The notes under the pieces were generated by a model. The model was not told the origin of the DNA. It saw only the letters and a program-made list of their open reading frames with translations, and did no database searches. A stretch of DNA of 64,000 nucleotides, from assembly GCF_009834535.1 (NCBI RefSeq), contig NC_045696.1, positions 69,194,001-69,258,000 of the forward strand. Reading direction: 5' to 3'. The DNA comes from Camelus ferus (Eukaryota). Shown in pieces: positions 37,720 to 51,699 of the stretch (positions are counted from its first letter, which is position 1; the number at the start of each line of letters is the position of its first letter). A program made the position numbers and the translations under genes.

Positions 37720-40186
37720 TTAGTTAAGGTGCAGTCACATTTATGTTTCGGTTGTTTTTCAAAAAATGTTTTTGCTTTTATTTTAAACTCTGATACTGTG
37801 TATACAATTTTAGTACAATGCATTATGTATGGTATTAAGGCATGTTTATAAAGTTATTTTTATCAGACTAAATTCTTTGATGCAGTGTTCATTTCTTTTA
37901 ACTTTCCAATTGCTCAATTCATGTTTTAATTTAAATTTATCAAAACTCACCTAGTCACATAAACATCATATTTGAGATTAGTGATGTGGCTACGAAGGTG
38001 AGAGCAGTAACAGAAAAGAGGTGAGATGAATTCCTCAGGTTTACTTCCCATGCAGCTTGACTCCAGGGCTTAAGCTGTTAACCATGATGCTTTATTATCT
38101 CTCTAGACTATAAACTAGGACAGGACTATGATGGATTGTCACTAGTGCTAGAAGCAGTAAATGAGGACAGCCTTCAAGTTTGCTCAGCCCTGCGTGGTCA
38201 TACCATAACCCGTGATTCGCCACTACCACACACACACTAAGCAACTGGCTGGTCAAGGGAATCAAATGATAGGTCTCTGGAAAGGTCTACACTCTGCTGT
38301 ATTTTCATATTCCCTTTTCATTCTTTTTTTTTTTTTTTTTTTTGGTATATGTAGACATCAATTTGTGGAAGAATGCTGTCTACCACATACAGTTCATAAC
38401 CCCTTGAGTTTGTACTGCAGAGAGTGAAAAGGGATACTGTTCTATGAAGGATGCTCAAGGTCAATTTCACCAACCTGAAAAGACTTTTTGAAGTTTTAAT
38501 GGTTCTAGAAAACTATATACTAAGTCATAGGTATATGCTTTCTCACTGGGAACATTCCATATATGGAACTAAAGAATGTAAAACAAAATTAGCTTCAATG
38601 TTCTTCAAAATTTGCCTTCCAAAAGTAAGCTTCCCATCTATTTAGAGCATTCTGGAACACATGCATAAATATAAATTTGAAAATCGAATAACTTTATGCT
38701 GTTTGATATTCTTAAACTCCTACTTAGACAGCACACTGAAGGAGAAAGTATTTCAAACTCATACTTGTGCTGACACAGGAAAAGAAGTTGAAAGTAGAAG
38801 ACTTGTTGACTCAGCAAAAGAAAGGGAAGATCTGACTGGCATGTGTAAATAGGACACATTTTTGGCTCAAGGCCTGAATGATGCATAGGAGCCACAGCAA
38901 AAATCTATTAACATTTAAGATACATTTAGAAGGATAAAAAGAAATTCAGCGTATAAGAAGAGAATGAACATTCTTAAAAGCAAAGACAAATGGGTTAGTC
39001 TAAAAGTGACCAGAGAACTCAACTAATGCCACTGTGATAGACCAGGTGAAAAAAAAATTTTTTTTGGTAAATATTCTAAAAAAGAGCTCCTTTGGGGAAG
39101 CAGAAATAAGCAGAGTTAACTTAAAAACAAAACAAAACCCTCATTATTATGTGATCTGGATTTCCAATATTTTTACTTTCAAGTATACTCCTCTGTTCTT
39201 ATCTTGGCAAAGAAATGAACCCCACATTTGGGTCCATAAGAAACACTTCAAAATCCCAAAACAAAGGGTATTTTTAAGTCAGCTTCTTTTTGGACATTGA
39301 AGGCTTCTGTAATAACTGCAAAAACTGCCTTTAAAGTTATCTATTATCATTCACTTACTCCTCACTTTTCTTCTAAGGAATGCAATTTTATTCCACGGTC
39401 CTGGAAGCTTTTTTTTTTTTAAGAAAAAAAAAGTTTCTTAGTTGATTGGCCAACCAATCACAGAATCTCAACTAATTAAAATGCCAGCAGGAATCTCAGC
39501 TCAGTAAAGAAGACAAATTTGTATTCACAAAAGACTCTTCAACTTTACTGGGATTCTGGGATTCTGATTTGTGAACACTAATTGATCTAAGGAAATAACA
39601 CAAAGAAAAAAGAAAATTTGAACTAATGACTAAAAAGGTTCTTAGAATTAAACTACAGTCACATGAATGATCTATGTATAACCTGCCTAGGTCATGGCTA
39701 AACAACACAGTAGAATCTTTAAAGCGCATGGTAAATTCTTAGCAATAGTTTCCCTAGAAAATACTTTTGATTATTGAGTTCCTAGCAAACAATGGGAATA
39801 TGTAAGAAATACAGTGTAAAATATGGAAGCCATATTATCAACAAGAAACAAAATGTTACATACAGTAATTTAGGAGGGTCCACTAACCCTCTCAAGTTTA
39901 TTTGTGGGCCCAAGATTAGGAATTTCAGTCCTATAGGTGTTGAGAGAAGAAAGAGAAACCCCATTAGTTCTAGGTTTCCCCTGGGTATAAGTCACTGTTT
40001 TAGTTTATGCACTTTTTTAACCTAGCAGGCCTTGGATCCCTTCTTTATTTTTCCACTACTAAAATATTTTCCAGATTTGTTTCCTGCCTTCTTATGCTAC
40101 AGGGATTTAATCTGAATTCAGAAGTTGTAACTCCCTGACTTTTGGAGTCAAATTAGTTTTTTCTGTGCCCTTTTAGAAAATGGGAA

Positions 40187-40648
40187 TATATGGGAACTAG
40201 AATTGATAACACTGTATTGTATAACTAAAATTTGCTAAGAAAGCAGAACTTAAATGTTCACACCAAAAAAAGAGAGAAATATGCAGTGATGGATTAACTA
40301 GATGGGCAGAATCTTTTCACAGTGGATACATATATCAAATCATCATGATGTGCACTTTAAATAGCTTACTATTTTGTTTATCAACTGTTATCTCAATAAA
40401 GCTGAAAAGAAAAAAAATAAAACCACAGATCTATTATTCTATTTCTAGGGGAAAGGTGAATTGCAACACATGCAAAGCCACTAACTTCTAAATTAATACA
40501 TAAGACAGATTATCAATAGCTTATTTGTAAAATTTTTTCACCATAGTGTTCAAACGTTCCATGTATAATAGTTTTTCAAATTGTAAATATTTTATTAAGC
40601 ATTCAGTAAATCTTGCTCTGTGATGTTAAAAATGAAAGAAAGAAAGAA
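40187..40648 (+). mobile_element. Composite retro-insertion: L1 3' end, ~205 bp unique DNA, second A-rich tail
   Basis: L1MA-type end with AATAAA 40395-40400 and A-run; unique 40423-40627; (GAAA)n tail; direct repeat AGAAAATGGGAA at 40175-40186 and 40649-40660. Confidence 0.7.
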
Positions 40649-40744
40649 AGAAAATGGGAAGAAGAAAAAGCCAGTTCTATTATATTTCATGGTGTCCTAC
40701 TGAAGATTAAATGACACACATGAAAGTGTTTTGACCTCTAAATT

Positions 40745-41118
40745 AGAGGTTGCAAATTCAAACTACAGCTGTTTTCTTTGATCTGCACATAAAAGAAAAT
40801 TTTAAATTCAATTAGTCACCAACATTTTATAATCAGGAGAATTCAGAAAAATTTATAAAAATCTGGATTTCCACTACTTTCAAAAGATTAAATGATTTGG
40901 CAACACAATGTCTGCATTTCTATACAGTAAAAACTGGCTGGGGTGGAATAACAGCTGCTCCCTTGAAATGAGGCAAGAGGTCCTCAGTTTGTCACTCTTC
41001 AATCCCTGCTGACTGGAGGTAGAATATGGAGGTAGGACATCCACCCTCATGTTCTATCTTATATCTGCCCTGCACGTTATTTGCCTGGTCCTCACAGGTA
41101 TGTGGATTTGCTATCCTC
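40745..41118. mobile_element. MER102-like hAT-Charlie relic
   Basis: gaggttgcaaa...taaaaatctggatttcc...ttggcaacac...aactggctggggtggaataacagctgctccc...ggatttgctatcctc. Confidence 0.55.
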
Positions 41119-41307
41119 ACTTAGATTTTTGTTTCTGTTTCTGGCTCCAATGCCCGAGTGGACTGACTGATGACCAATCTACTTATTAATCTACCAATCC
41201 CTCTGTCTTTCATTTTTTCCAACATTAATAAGACAAATGCTGATATGAAAAGGGCAGGAAGTTACATCTACTAACGTTAATGTACAATATGGCATCAAGT
41301 ACTACTT

Positions 41308-41372
41308 TTTTTTAAATGGAGGTAATTGGGATTGAACCCAGGACCTCTACCACTGAGCTATACCCACCCCCT
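41308..41372 (-). mobile_element. Internally deleted tRNA-derived SINE (vic-1 type)
   Basis: Minus: GGGGGTGGGTATAGCTCAGTGGTAGAG-GTCCTGGGTTCAATCCC...A tail; TSD ATCAAGTACTACTT (41294) / ATCAAGCACTACTT (41373). Confidence 0.85.
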
Positions 41373-41447
41373 ATCAAGCACTACTTCTATCTACTGTCGG
41401 TTTTTAAAAAGAAGTGACCTGAAAAATGGGAGTGTTACTCTGCGTTA

Positions 41448-41690
<243 letters not shown>

Positions 41691-44309
41691 TCATTAAAGA
41701 GTTATACATTTTTAAAAGTTTTTATACATTTTAAAAGTTTGCATAAACATTTGGGTTTGTGTCTGAGCAAAGAGGTAGAAAAATGAAAGTACAGATGTGA
41801 CATATACACACAAAAAAGAATGACTAAAAAGAGAATACGCCAGAAACTATAATGAGTCTTATATACTGAAGTAATCATGAGAGGCTGTGTACTTTTTGAA
41901 CAATGCTAGAATTATTCAAAACATCTGTGGTATTCTTCTCTTAGAACTACCTTCAGTCAAGAAAATCATTTTCTTACTTTATGGTCACAGGTTATTTTCA
42001 ACCAAGAACCAAATAATCAAATTAACTCTTTTCTCCCCTATTACTGACTTCTAATGACTTTTGATTACTTTCAAAGGTCAAATAATCTCAAAAGGTGATT
42101 TTTTTTATTCAAAAAGATTTTATCATTTTAATGTTCTAATAGTACTTTAATACATAAGACTTATTACAAATTCTGATGTATTCTCTTTTTAGTCATTCTC
42201 TTGGAATGTTAAAGATGAAGTGACTGAAGTTAAGTTCAGAGGTTAACAGAGCAGTTAAACCAAAGCCCAAATAAAAGCCTTAAAGAGAGAATAACAGCTA
42301 CTTAAATGTATGAGTTGTGAGGGGTTTTGCTGAAAGAGAGATAAAATATTGATTCTGCAGTCACTACTAGCAGTTATACTAGTTTATCTAAGTCAACCCT
42401 TAATTAGAGACAGCTGCTGAAATCCACATGCAGGCATGTATAAGTCTCAGCAGCTGCAAATATGCATATGGCATGAGCTAGGAGACAAAGTGGAGGTCCA
42501 CTGACCTCATTGCCAGGAACTATGCTGGAACCATATTAATCAAAAAGGGAATCTCTGCAGGAAGGGCCAATGGGAAGACAGAGTAAGACTAATACACTTT
42601 CAAGGCAGGGACTGTATCCAACCCATAGAAGACACCAATAAATATTCATTGAATGAAATGAATAAATAAGCATGCTCACAAAAGTCTTTTCCTTTTGCCA
42701 GTCACGTTAGCCAGCAGAAATTTTTCTGAAAATGCATTCTCTCAACCAAGGGGATGGGAAAGTTGTTCATGATGGAGACAGTGTAGTAGTGACGGTAATT
42801 TTAAAATGCAGTGGGGAAAAAATGCATTGGGGTATCAAGATTCAGGTGATGTAAGACAGAACATGAAAAAAATTAATTCATAAGTTCTTAGTCACACTTC
42901 AGAAAAATTATTTAAACATTTTATGTATAAGTTTTTAAAATTATCACCCACAAGGGGTTCCATGAGGATTAACTAGGTGCTTTATCCTCCCCCCCAAAAT
43001 CTGCAGAAACTTGACATCTCTTGAGACGAGAACTAAAGAAATAAAAAGGTTCACTAAAGCTAATAACAAAAGAGCTAACTATATAAAGAGTGAGGCTTCC
43101 TTAGAGTATACTTACTATATAACTAGTTAAGTAACAGCTGAGAAAAATACAAGGAAAAGATGCCTGGCATAGCTCAGCATCAACATTACGGTTCCCAAGA
43201 GACTCCTTTACCAAAGACTGAGGTTTATGGCTACAGTATTAACAATATGTATGACATTTTACTTAAACACCTTAAGGTATGCATTGCTTTAAGCGCAAAA
43301 AGTACTACAAAAATATACTGAAAAAAAAACAATAAAGCATTACCTAGGAAAGTTAATTTTTATTTTAGAAGTTTAAGACATTTCACAAGGTAAAAAATAA
43401 AGTTTAAGCATATATGCACAAGGGAAAAAAACTTTTAAGAGAATAACAAGCAATTAAAGTTTAAAGCTCTGCTAGGTAGTGCTTTCTCCATTCAGAACAA
43501 CCTATAAATTGTCAGAAGCTAAGACATTACTACTCCTCACATTTTAAAATGAGCCTGGTGTACCATATCCTGCGGTCACCAGGCTTATAGCATAGTGGAT
43601 CTTAAAGGTTGGACAAAGTCTCAAGAGTTCAGGTGGCCATAGTTCCTTCAGATAAGTGGCACATTATCACCCTCATGTCACAGATGAGAATTTAGGTGTT
43701 CCTTCAAGGTCACATAATTCATAAGCCGGGTGGGGGTGAGTGGGCTAGAATCCCAGTCTACTACCTGTTTCCCCAGCTCATGATACCCTTCAGCTTCTCA
43801 AGAATGCTTCATGGGGAGAGACAGTGAGACATAATGGCAGCTTAGGCTCGGTATCTCAAGAACCTGAGAAGTACAAGGGCTTTCCAAAGGGTCTGCCTTG
43901 CTCCCTCAGTCCAATTTCCTTCAGTCCCAGCATGGCTTTCCTACCTGCCCCTCACTTCCTCACTTAGCCTGGAATCATAACTTATTCACTTTAATGTCAG
44001 CCCCCCAATGGCTCGTGGCAGGCTCAACATTGTATCGTCTTCTCCAGCTCAGCTGCCCCCCGACCCCACGTTGTTTGGCACTGCATCCAACACTTAACTT
44101 CTCCGGGCAAATCTAGCTCTCTAGGGCATCTGGATCTAATCTCCTCTCACTCGTGTCACCCACTGTTCTCTCCACTCCACTAGCCTGGCCCATACTACCC
44201 ATTCCTCAGTTCCACTGCATCACCACAGTAACGCCCCTCTCCACTCCCGGAGTCTGACAATGCTCCCTCTTCCCCCCAACCTCCTCCCCAGCCAAGACTG
44301 ACTTAAGTG

Positions 44310-45080
<771 letters not shown>

Positions 45081-45419
45081 TAACTTAGATATTATTTTGT
45101 TTTCTTCTAACAAATCCAGGAGAAAATTGTCTCGGTTTCACAAAGAAGCAGCCTGATGAGGACAGGCCGTGGAAGCAGACTTAGGTTGGGATTCAGCTTC
45201 TGTCACTTCCTAGCGGTGAGAACATGTCTCCCCTCTCCTTGCCCCTCGCCTGAGCCTGTCTTTATCTACAAACTTGAGGCAAAGCATTTACTGGTGGTGT
45301 TGAAACTTTTAATAGAAGAAAATCTGTAAACCGTATTGCACAGCGTCTGGCACATAGTAAGCACGCAAAGAATAGTAACTATTACTATAGTTAAGAAGAG
45401 AACTCTGATCCCCATCCCC

Positions 45420-46390
45420 ACTCCCAACTACTTCTGCTCATTTTAGTAAACGCACCACCTAATTGTTCATCACAAAACCCTAGGTGTCTCGATTTCTCTC
45501 CTGAATCCCCTATCCAGATCTTTACCTTTAAACCATATCCTGAATCTGCCCACTATTCTACGTTTCCACTACCTCTCTGGCCAAGTCACATCATCTCCCA
45601 GCTGGCAAGGCCCTCCTAACTGGTCTTCTTGCCTCTACTCGTTAATATCTTAGTATCTCTTTTTCACCCCGTACCCTCCCCCAGCCATGCTTTTTAAACA
45701 TATCAGATCATGTCATTCTTCTGATTTAAAGCCTCAGATGGCTTTTCACTGCACTTAGAGTAATATCCCAACTCTTTATACTAGCTTATAAAAACATTTC
45801 TCAGTAAAGCTGGGGGGGGGACCCCCAAAACCTTATATGATCTGTACCCTCATCTAGTATACTCCTTACCATGTTCCAGCAAAACGTTCTAGTTGTTCCC
45901 TCTCCTGAAACGATCTTCCCTCAGATCCTAACATGGGTGACTCTTTTTAAACTTAGATAACAGCTTAAGTTCACCACCTTATAGAAGACTTCCCTGACCA
46001 ACCAATCAAAATTAGCCCCTACTGAGTTCCTAGTCTTACACCACCATGTTTTATTATTTCTATCCCTGCCCTCCACACTCACACACCTTGCAATGTCAGT
46101 TTCATGAGAGCATGAATTTGCACTGTTCTGTTCACAGCTGCATAGATCAGCATCTTAGAACAGAGCCTGCCACCGAGTAAAAGTCACTTCGATTGTGATC
46201 TTCGTGCACTGGCTTATTTGTCAGACCTCAGCTCAGATTCGTAGCGTATCTGAAATTATCCTATTTTATTTCCTTAACTTATTATCTATTCTCCTTATTA
46301 AAATATACACTCCAAGAAAGCAAGGACCTTGTCTATTTTGTTCACTACTATAACCCTAATGCCTAGCACTGTGCCAGGCTCAGCGCAGAC
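45420..46390 (+). mobile_element. L2 LINE relics between the two CpG islands
   Basis: L2 3'-region motifs: atcagatcatgtcattcttctg, gaagacttccctgac, gcaaggaccttgtctattttgttcactactataaccctaatgcctagcactgtgcc. Confidence 0.6.
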
Positions 46391-46939
46391 GTAGGAGGTA
46401 GACCAGGTTACTACTTTCAGGAAGGTGCCTACTGGCGGTGGGGGCGAATGCCACGTAAAGGAGGAACTAAACTGCATTTTATGGTCTTATTTACCTTTGT
46501 TATCTCTCACACCGAGAGAGGCCATAAACGAATTAAGAAAGCAGGAAATGGCCCAAAACCATGAAATAAGAGGTTTAGAGGAGGGAGTGATGTCTTCTGC
46601 GGGGTGAAATCCAAAAAAGCTTCCTGAAGGCGGTGACATGGCGGAAAAGCTGAGTTAAGGAGCTAACCCTGGGCACTCTCGCTTCAGACAGCCTGAGTTT
46701 GTATCTTGGCTCTTCTCTTGCTGTGTTACTTTCACCTAGTTTCCTCAGTAAAACAAGTGTACTGAACTTAAAGGGCTCTTAGGAAGACTGAGGTAAGATA
46801 CGTAACGGTGCTTCAAACAGTACCCAGCCCAGAGCAAGCATTCTATAAATGTAAACTGTCATTATCATTTATTATTACTGATCAAAGCTTGCTGACCTTC
46901 CCAGCAGCTAGTGGCTGACCACAGTTCTGTGGAGCAATA

Positions 46940-47470
46940 TAAAACGTGCTACCACCGCGAGCTGAAAGGCGCGACACCATAAAGTGGAGGGGTCTGACTC
47001 TAGGTTCCGGCTCAGAGTTACGCAGACTGTGGAAGAAGTACTCGGCCACTCTAGCAACGTGGTCCCCCAGTTCTCAGTGGTGCGAGGTTTCGCGCTTGCG
47101 CGGTGGGCGGGCGGTGGGCGGTGAGCGCGGGGCGTGGCGGCGCACGGAGAGGCGCGGCAGAGCGTCCCCTGCCTCCGCAGGTAACCGCGAGCGGGCCGGC
47201 GCCGGGGAGGTAGAGGTGGGTCTGTCACGCTTCAGGCTCCGGCTGGGGAGGCCGCCTTCGCTCTCGCCAGGTCTTGGGTCCGCTACGCAGCCTGTCAGCT
47301 GGGACTTCTCTGTTCCCGAAGTCCGATCGGGGCTCTCTCGGGCGGCCCACCCCGCGTCAGATTCCTGACCGCGTCCTACCCACGACAGCGGCCGAGGTGG
47401 TGGCGAAGCATCGGGCCTCCAGCCGATCTCCCCGTCTGTAAAACTCGGATCCCGATGCATCCGAGGGCAG
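46940..47470. promoter_or_regulatory. TBCCD1: Second CpG island, TBCCD1 promoter
   Basis: Dense CpG; tandem GTGGGCGG GC boxes ~47103-47121; E2F-type TTTCGCGC 47088-47095; RFX half-site CTAGCAAC 47051-47058. Confidence 0.8.
47120..47180 (+). other. TBCCD1: Probable TBCCD1 non-coding exon 1 (start approximate)
   Basis: Donor CAG|GTAACC at 47180/47181 just downstream of GC boxes within the CpG island. Confidence 0.55.
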
Positions 47471-47869
47471 CTTTTGAAGACGGAAAGAGCCCCAGTTTAT
47501 GTTTACGAATTTAGCCTTCTCGAGTTTGGTGGTTAGAATAGAGGGTTCATCCCCGAGATCTGGCTTTTGATCGTACACTTCAGGGACAGGAGGTCAGTAC
47601 CTCAAAGAGCAGCCTGTTTCCATTTGGGGACGAACTAAGATCTTCCTCGCCGAACTTTCATCGTCTGGTTTTACTCAGAGCCACGCTAAGCCATCCCTAA
47701 GTTCAGAGACAGCTGCCATCTGCCCTCCCACACCCTTTTGTGGCTTCATGCTTCCATGTTCCTTCACCTGACCGTTACATGGCCGCTCATTCTGGTAATC
47801 CTCTTCTGGATTCATTCCCATTTTTCAGATTCTCCCAAAACTGGGTTCCTAGAGTACGTTTGTAAGTAA

Positions 47870-48090
47870 CACAGTTCTAAAGTCAGATTTGAATTCTAAT
47901 TCAGGGTTCTGCCAACTCAAGTATGTGACTTTGGGTAAGTCCCTTAACTTTTCTAAGCCTCAGTTTTCTCATCTGAAAATAGGGATAATCATATTTATCT
48001 CCAGACGGTTGTGAGAATGAAAGGAGTTGAAGAACACAAAATATTGAGAGTGCTAACTAGCACTTAGTACTCAATTGATGTCAGTTGTTT
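47870..48090 (+). mobile_element. MIR SINE
   Basis: tatgtgactttgggtaagtcccttaacttttctaagcctcagttttctcatctgaaaatagggataat. Confidence 0.75.
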
Positions 48091-49395
48091 TCTGAATAGA
48101 TAATTCCCCAAAGAAGTACCATTTTCTTAGAGTCAAATGTGAAATATAATAATAGCATAAAACACTTTTCATCCAGTCATCTAAGGAAGGTTTTTAAAGT
48201 GATGTTAATGCTAGGCATGTTCAGTGAAGACAGTACTTTAATCAAGTGATAGTACAATTTGCTACAACCATTTTGGAAAACAATGGAAATATATGTCAGG
48301 AACTTCAGACATGTCAGTTACTTTATTTCACAAATGCACATCTAAAGCTGAACATTTTCTGAGAAATAATCATAATGCAGAAAATAAGCAGAAAGATGGT
48401 AATTATAGCATTATTTATAATAGTGAAAACATTTAAACTTTTTATAGTGGAAAATTTTAACATACACGAAAGTAGAGTAGGTGAATGGACCCATGTGCTC
48501 ACCATCATCCAGCTTCAACAATCAATATTTTGCCTCTTGTTTTTGTAAAAAATTTTAAACTTATGAAATGTCTGAAAATAGAACAGTCAAATAAACTGGG
48601 GTACATATATTTAAAATGCTGTGGAGCTTTTAAAATAATACAGAATATATGGTATTATCACAACTATGAAAATTCAAAAACTAATATCCAGTCTGTGTAG
48701 AGGAAAAGACAGGAAGGAAGTACAGTAAAATATTAGTTCCCCTTTGGTGGTGGGACTGTGGATGATTCTCTCCCTGTCTATTTTTAGGTGTTTTTATAAA
48801 CATTCCATAAGAATCATGTATTGCTGTTCTAACAAACAATGAACAAACTAAATCTAAAATAGTGTAACTTAACCAAGGACAACAGAATATGCCAGAGCAG
48901 GCTCACTGTTACAGAGAAAAAAGATGCTTTAACTTCCCTTAATCTATTTTCACAGCCTATGTTTACATGAGCATTCTTATCCTGCTATCTGGTGCTAGCG
49001 CTTCATATTGAGCTCATATGGTCAGCTAATCCAGCCAGATCTTTAACCAACCATCCTCTGTGCGTAAGTGATTGGACTTTGAAATTTTGTTCCTCTTATT
49101 TTGACCAGCATTTCCCCTCAGGGTAGAGCAGGATTTCCAGTGATAAGATGGCTTTTCTTCCCATTTCTTCTTTTCTTTGTCCTGAGCAGGGATCCATCTC
49201 ATACCTCCTGCATTTACACACTCTTCCTAAAACAGCCACTTGGAACAATTTAAGTAAGATAGTTCTATCACAAATTTTTTTCCTGCTCAAATGGATTATA
49301 ATGAGATCTGACCAAAAATCTATTCTGCTTTTGGTTGGTGAACTGGATCCAGTTTTTAAAACGACATAGTACATTTAAAAACAAGTTAAGGGAGA

Positions 49396-49553
49396 GGGGA
49401 GGTTATAGCTCTGTGGTAGAGTGCCCGCTTAGCATGCAGAACCTCCTGGGTTCAATCCCTAGTACAGTCATTAATAAATAAACAATAATGATAAAAAGAT
49501 AATAAACCTAATTACCTTCCCCCCCCAAAAGAAAATAAATTAAAAATAAAAAC
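49396..49553 (+). mobile_element. tRNA-derived SINE (vic-1 type), long form
   Basis: GGGGAGGTTATAGCTCTGTGGTAGAG...GGGTTCAATCCC...AATAAACCTAATTACCTTCCCCC, A tail; TSD AGTTAAGGGAGA at 49384 and 49554. Confidence 0.88.
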
Positions 49554-49679
49554 AGTTAAGGGAGAGGTCACCTTAAAAGAAAATGTGTAAATGAGTTTTG
49601 TTTCAGATGAGTTTGTGAAGAAACTTTATTTCATAGGTATGCAAAGAAGCCTTTTCACACAGATGTCCTTAGAGATAAT

Positions 49680-50015
49680 ATGGATCAGTCCGGAGTTCTC
49701 CTCTGGGTGAAAGCAGAACCCTTTATAGTGGGCGCCTTGCAGGTCCCCCCTCCATCCAAGTTCAGTCTTCACTATCTCAGGAAGATATCCACCTATGTGC
49801 GAACCCGGGCCACAGAGGGAGCTTACCCACGCCTGTCCTGGTCGACGTGGAGGCACATTGCATGTGGGAAGCTGCAGTTGGCTAAGGATCTGGCGTGGCT
49901 TTACTTTGAAATATTTGATAGTCTTGCAGTAAAGACACCAGAGGAGCGTCTGGAATGGTCTGAAATTCTGTCCAACTGCACGTCTGAGGATGAAGTCGAA
50001 AAGCAAAGGAATCAG
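49680..50015 (+). CDS. TBCCD1: TBCC domain-containing protein 1, first coding exon (exon 2 begins at 49637)
   Basis: aatATGG; MDQSGVLLWVKAEPFIVGALQVPPPSKFSLHYLRKISTYV...EKQRNQ; CAG|GTATG; 336 nt. Confidence 0.96.
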
Positions 50016-50517
50016 GTATGGATTTATATGTATGTGTATATATATTTGTGTGTGTGTTTAATTACTTTGGGAAATAAATTATTTTAAGTTTTCATTCTGG
50101 CTGAACAGTGTGCAGTTGTGGGTTAATGACCATGTGATTCCAAAGCACTATTTAAGTTTTAGCAGTTCCAGTTTGGCAATTTAACAAATTAGTCCTTACT
50201 TAACAATTGTTACTCATCTACTTTCAAAGCAGTAGTGTTCCAGGAACCCTGTAATTGGAAGATGGAAATATTTTCATTGACATTAAAACTATTTTGAGGT
50301 AAGTGAGCATCTGCTATGTGCTGGGATTCAAAGACGATTAGAACAGCAGCTCTGACCTCGTGGAGCTCATAGACTAGCAGGGGAAGCTGGTGTGTAAAAA
50401 AAAGTGCTATTTAATTGTGTGGCATGTACAATAAAAGTATGCATAAAGTACAGAAATAGAACAGAGAAGAGAATGATTAATTCTGGTGATGAAGAAAGAC
50501 TTCACAGAGAAAGGATA

Positions 50518-51380
50518 TTAATCAGGGTAGGCTAATTACAGTAACAAGCGATCCCAGCATGTCAGCAGCGGTGCCGTAACAGTTTCTTTCTTACTCATGT
50601 GGCAGTCCAGCATAGGGCATCTGGATGCATGAGCTTCTAGGCTGCTGTCATCTAAGCAGTGACTCAGGGACCTAGGTATCTTCTGTCTTTGGGAGCCGCT
50701 TTATTATTAGTCTGCTTTGCTGCAGTTAAAAAGAAAACAAAAATGAAATTCCAGTGGCTTACAGTAACTAAGATTTATTTCTTGCTTATTTTACATGTAG
50801 GCTGCACCTTAGCTATGGCTCTCTTCCAGGTTGTGGCTTAGCTCTATGTGTCTGCCCATTTGGGGACTCAAGCTGAAGAAGCGGCTCCTGTGTAGGTCAC
50901 GTCTGTTCTTGTGACAGAAGGGAAGAGCAACAGAGCAGGAGAAAAGTCTTGATGCCTTTTAAAACTTTTGCTCACATGTGATGTAAACTGCAACTGCTTT
51001 CATTCCACTGGGTAAAGCTTTGTCACAGGTCCATGCTTAGAATCAATAAGATGGGAGGTAAACTACTCACAGGAGGTAGGGAAATCCCATGGCCATGGGT
51101 AGGGCCGTGTAAGCCTCTTGGAGGATGGGGAAGTGAACAGTTGCAAATAGAATATGGTTTGCCCCAGCCATGCCCACTAGGGCCTGAGTCCCTCACTTCC
51201 ATTCCTTTGGGAGAGTTTTCAGGAGGCTTGAAAATGGTATATGTAAATCCACCCACATTCCATTGATTATAACCCAGTTATACCATATCCAGCTTCAAGG
51301 GAGGCTGGGAAATACCATCTAATTGTGTGCCCAGGAAGGAAAGATACTTAGTGAGCATCCAGCGAGTCTCTGCCACATGG
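50518..51380. mobile_element. MLT1/MaLR-type LTR relics, probably nested
   Basis: attaatcagggtaggcta...agtaacaa, cagtggcttacagtaactaagatttatttcttgct, caagggaggctgggaaata...tgtgtgcccaggaag...agtctctgccaca. Confidence 0.6.
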
Positions 51381-51699
51381 GGTAATATCTGAACAAGGTT
51401 TTGGAAATTGTAAAAAAGTTTGGCAAGCAACCAAGAGAAGGGCATTAAAATTAATAATTAAGCATTTATTGAGTGCCTGTTATGTGCTAGGTACAGCAGT
51501 GGATGCTGTGGATACAGAGAGGAATCAAACCAGAAGCCCCAAATTTTTTGAGTGCTTACTATATACTAGTTTCCTTACTAGTTACTAGGAATATAAAAAT
51601 GAAAAAGACAAGGATCTTGTAGTCTCATGGGGGGGTCAGGTATATGAAGGAATAATGGTGATATAACAGATAATTGTTTGATGGAAGTATATATAAAAT

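Noticed and set aside
39443..39460. Back-to-back CCAAT boxes TGATTGG-ccaa-CCAATCA in DNAJB11 intron 2
   Set aside because: A 7-bp inverted repeat is expected by chance in 64 kb; no CpG or promoter context
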